This document shows, one piece after another, positions 50,001 to 54,141 of a stretch of 54,141 nt of DNA (positions within the stretch are counted from its first letter, which is position 1; every line of letters starts with the position of its first letter). Origin of the DNA: Hyphochytrium catenoides (Eukaryota > Protista > Hyphochytriomycota); assembly GCA_900088475.1 (NCBI GenBank), contig FLMG01000100.1, positions 1-54,141 of the forward strand, given 5' to 3'. A program made the position numbers and the translations under genes. Below the pieces are notes generated by a model that had not been told where the DNA came from, did not search any database, and saw only the letters and a list, made by a program, of their open reading frames with translations.

Positions 50001-53000
50001 ATGGGGAAGGGAAGGACGGAGGAAAGAAGGAGTCACCAAAAGCGTCGTCTCTGGCGTCTCCCGCCGAGGTTCCTCAGAAGCTCTGGGATAAGCTCAAAGA
50101 TCACTTCAATGCCTCACAGATGAGGGCAGTTCATGCAGCCTGCAGCGGCCCCAAACAGAGGGCAAGTGGCTTCACGCTCCTACAGGGACCGCCAGGAACT
50201 GGTAGGAACATAATGACATTTGTAGAGAGAAGAGAAAGACACAGAGATTGGCTTGTATGTGACATCCTTCTCTGACTGACTGAGATCTGCAGGTAAGACA
50301 AAGACCATTCTAGGTATTCTCAGCGCTTTCCTGGGATCGGTAAAGTCGCCTGAGCAACCCACAGTTAGTCCAACGCCCGCGAAGAGGTAGGAGATGCTAT
50401 GCTACGCAGTTGCTCTCCGTTGCTCTCCGTGCTTTATAAACCTCCTAGTTATTCGTCTATTCCTGACATTTGCTTTGTTATGCTATTGGGTTTCCCTTCC
50501 TCTATACTTCATTCTTTCTATCGTTGCCTCTCCGGTCCGGCCTCGCTGAACCTATCCACGAACTCTCTATGACAGGATCGTACCTGGGGCGTCTCTTAAC
50601 GTGCCCACTTCCGGTTCTTCGGCCACCCATAGTGGCCGCAGCCTTTCAGCTTCCCCGTCATCCACAACATCGTCGTCCTTTAGCAGTAACCATCCGCGTA
50701 TTCTACTCTGCGCCCCGTCTAATGGCGCTGTAGATGAGTTGGTTCTCCGCATCTTACGAGATGGGCTCTACAATCGCACAGGAGCTAACTTCAAGCCCGT
50801 CCTTGTCCGTTTAGGGCACATTGGAGAAGATGCTCACGAGGTGGTACGAGGCTGTGCCTTGGAAGTCCTGGTAGAGAAGCAGTTGGGCAACCATCCGAGC
50901 CAGTCTCTCCTCTCAGCGGTAGAGAAAGAAGCTCAGGAGTTAAGGGAGAAACTGGACAGAATCGGTGCAGAAATCAGTAGAACTTCGGAATCTTTGTACA
51001 GCGGTAAAAGCTCAGCGCCCTCTCAAGAAGTTGAGGAAGGAGAAGAGGATGGAAGTGCAGATATGAAGGACAAGCTCAGTCTTCTTCACAGCCGTCAGGC
51101 GGCTCTCTCCACGGCCCTGTCACAATGCACTGCCAGGAAGAGAGACGCTATGAATCAACTCCGTGCTGCACGAGACCGTCTCCGACGGTCCACGCTCTCC
51201 TCCGCCTCTGTCATCTGTTCCACTCTCGCTACGTCTGGCGGAGACGTCCTCCACAACTATCCTCATCCTTTCCAGGCACTCATCATCGATGAGGCGGCGC
51301 AAGCGGTGGAGGTGTCTACCCTTATCCCTATGAGACTTAAAATCAAGCACGTTGTTCTGGTCGGAGATCCCCGACAGCTGCCTGCTACGGTTATTTCATC
51401 CATCAATAGCGAGAACAAATATGAGCGGTCTCTCTTTGAAAGATTAGAGAGCACTGGCCATCCTGTGACGATGCTGACAATGCAGTATCGCATGTGTCCT
51501 CGCATCAGAGAGTTCCCCTCCCAGCAGTTCTACGGGAACCTTCTCTGTGATGGGGAGAATGTCCAGAGCGCGGCGTACCAGAATCGACCATTCCATAAAA
51601 TCCTTCCTTTCTTTGATCAGTTCGTCTTTTTTAACGTAAAGGACGGCAGAGAGCTGAGGAGGATGGGAGGAGGTGGAGCTGAAGCAGGGCAGAGTACCAG
51701 TATCAGGAACGACGTAGAGGCAAACTTCGTTCTCTCTCTCTGCGACTTGCTCTTCTCGTCCTGTCCAGAAGTCCGCCGGCCCGGCCATGTGGGAGTCATT
51801 TCTCCTTATAAAGATCAAGTGTTAGCCCTCCGCCGCCGACTGAGAGAGACTCGCTTCCAGGGTCTGGAGGGGCAAAAACTCGTCGAAGTCAACACTGTGG
51901 ACGGATTCCAGGTAAGCAACGAGAACAAGACGTTAGCTGGATAAGACCTTCTTTATGCGCTTTAGCGCTCTTTGTCCTGTCAGTCTCTTGCAGGTGCTGC
52001 ATAGAAACGCGATGTGTCTTGATCCTTGCATTGGACGCTCTGTTCGCTCGATATGCATCGCTCTCTCTATCTTACTCTCTTTATCTTGCTGAGTAACTCT
52101 TTGCTGATCTAGGGCCGAGAGAAGGACATTATTATCTTTTCCTGCGTCCGCACTGAGACTCGCGGGTCTATCGGCTTCCTTGCTGATGTGCGGCGCTTAA
52201 ATGTGGCTATAACTCGTGCTCGGCACTCGCTTCTTTTGGTGGGCTCTGCCGCAGCCCTTTCTCAGCATCAGACCTGGAGCCTACTGCTCCGCCACGCCCT
52301 AGCAGCAGGAGAGGTCGTTGTCGTGACCGGAGACTCGGTACCTGGGGCTCAAAAGTTCTCGGGCAGCTATGAGGAGCTGACAGCAGGGGGAGGAAGGCAT
52401 AAAGAGAGAGATAAGAAGCGGGATGGGGGCGATCGAAGAGGGCCACATCTGTTTTCAGGGAGGACGGGTGAGGCACATAGTCAACCGCCCCATTTAAGGC
52501 ACCAACGGCCAGGAGAGAGACAGACTCCGGACCTCCAGGGACCTTTAGTAAACGGAAGAGGGAGGAGCCCTAGCCATTCCGGCAACAGGGAAGACGAGGA
52601 CAGAAGAAGATATAGGCCGGGAAGAGGAAGGAGCCGAAGTCCTACAAGGCCAGCGGGCTTTGAAGGGCAAGGTGGTAGAGGGAGAGAACAGGAGAGAGAA
52701 AGACCAGAGTCAGCAGGAGTTAGAGAGACAAGAAGTAGAAGAAGTCAGGAGAGAGGACGAGATCCTCAAGGAAGGTCGGCTGCACCAGGACACCGAGATT
52801 TGGGCAGGATGAAGAACTCGCTAGGCCCTGGAAAGCCCTATGATCCTCGGGATCCGCCTGCCAGGGAACAGGCCGAGAGATCGAGGCCGCGGCAGGTAGA
52901 GATCGGCCAGGTAGCAAGAGCAGATGGACGCCGGTGGTCCGGGGGTGAAAGAGGGAGAATGCTCTCAGGAAGAGGGACTGGACGGTCACCAAGCGCGCAG

Positions 53001-53417
53001 CTGACAAACACTGGAGAAGCAAGGCACCCAGGCCACCAAGGACGGGAGATTGCCACGTCTAGAGAACCGCCACGCGGTAGGGCCCTGGGTATGAGGTCAG
53101 CCCAGGCAGCTATACCTCGGCGGACTGCGGGCAGAGAAGGCACAGAAGACAAAAAAGATAGAGGCGGTCCTCTTGGCTCTTTGAGAAGACCGTTGTCAAG
53201 GGAGGAAAGAGACAAGGAACAGGAGCATCTCAGAAGAAAGAAGAGGAGAATGGAACTGGTCGGGGCCGGCGCTTCTCGTCAAGAAAAGGATGGAAGTGCA
53301 GGCGGCGACGTGCTGTCCTCAATCCTCTCAGGAATATCTGAGCTGCAGTCCTCTGAATCCAAGGCAAGGTCTGAGCTAGAGAGGAAAGGAGTATACCAGG
53401 GAGGGTCAGAGTGGTGA
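44086..53417 (+). CDS. SEN1: Sen1/senataxin-like SF1B (Upf1-like) RNA/DNA helicase with helical N-terminal domain, embedded TFIIS-N domain and R/G-rich tail (multi-exon)
   Basis: HWWC N-terminal motif; FRTAESYVQAWQPLLFEEARA; LQGPPGTG|KT; LLCAPSNGAVDE; IIDEAAQA; LVGDPRQLPATV; QYRM; TVDGFQ|GREKD; RRLNVAITRAR. Start uncertain (a possible upstream exon ends near 43950). Confidence 0.92.
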
Positions 53418-53430
53418 GAGAGAGACAGAG

Positions 53431-53470
<40 letters not shown>
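53415..53470. repeat. (GA)n microsatellite
   Basis: Near-perfect GA run directly after the Sen1 stop. Confidence 0.9.
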
Positions 53471-53473
<3 letters not shown>

Positions 53474-53852
53474 GAACTGTACATAGTGAGACAGAGATAG
53501 ATAGGTATCCAGATGGAGACCACAGGGTATCGGGCGAGATGACCCCATCTCATTTCTGCTTTCTCTCTCCTCCCACGACCAAACCAAAGATTCTTCTGTC
53601 TCCCCAACTCTTTTCTTTTTGTTTTTATGGAGATTAGCTGCTGTGAGAAGCACAGGAGGCCAATCGCTAGAGGTAACAGACAGAATAAATAGATAGATTG
53701 AAAGTGACACGTGGCTCTTTGAGGTTGAAAGCCAGAGGATTAGAAGATTAAGAGAGACAGAGGGAGAGAGAAAGTGTGACCTATGGAACTTTTAGACATT
53801 CTCTCCCAGCCCCTCGAGTATAGTAGGAGAGAGAGAAAGAAGAGAGACAGAG

Positions 53853-54013
53853 TCATGAAGAGGAAGGACTGAACGATAGATGTTTCCTGGTGTAGTCGAT
53901 AACCTCACTCTCTCTCACGAGATCATAGTCCTCAAGGATCCGCACCAAGCGATCCGCGGCCTCCAACCGCTCACGGAGGATTCGTGCTCGCCGCTTACTC
54001 ATCTCCTTGTCAC
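53853..54013 (-). CDS. Probable terminal exon of a gene extending beyond the right edge
   Basis: A CT-rich acceptor ...CTTTCAG precedes an open frame DKEMSKRRARILRERLEAADRLVRILEDYDLVRESEVIDYTRKHLSFSPSSS*. Confidence 0.5.
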
Positions 54014-54016
54014 CTG

Positions 54017-54141
54017 AAAGAGAGAGAGAGAGAGGAGAAAAATTAGCTCTCTTCTTGTTTGCCTTCTCTTGTCCCGCTGCTTCTTTTTACCTCTCTCTCT
54101 CTCTCGCGCGCGCGCTCTTTCTCTCTCTTTCTCTCTCTCTC
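54017..54141. repeat. GA/CT microsatellites (likely intronic)
   Basis: (GA)n and (CT)n runs. Confidence 0.8.

Overview
Intron-rich eukaryotic genomic DNA (GT-AG introns, CTRAC-type branch points, long GA/CT microsatellites). It is probably from a protist or alga of the SAR/haptophyte type, but that is inferred from the gene families and not proven. About ten genes can be reconstructed across exons: the 5' end of a secreted alpha-amylase running off the left edge (missing from the ORF track), an intronless secreted orphan, HEATR3/Syo1, a multidomain class II-like histone deacetylase, a bacterial-like isochorismatase-family hydrolase, a receptor-type class III nucleotide cyclase, TANGO2/NRDE, a GT8 glycosyltransferase, an S28 Pro-X carboxypeptidase, SAICAR synthetase and a Sen1/senataxin helicase. 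A terminal exon of a further gene lies at the right edge. Non-coding features are an ~850 bp TIR element (MITE-like) with a paired E2F-like palindrome, local duplications and a decayed ORF. The best leads are: Sen1 with a TFIIS N-terminal (TND/LW) domain just before Walker A; a cyclase that keeps the metal-binding Asps but lacks Lys/Asn/Arg (half-site or pseudo-cyclase); the HDAC fusion; two HGT candidates; and the MITE. I found no rRNA, tRNA or CRISPR array and no clear multi-gene novel system. Exon boundaries were read by eye and some start codons are uncertain.
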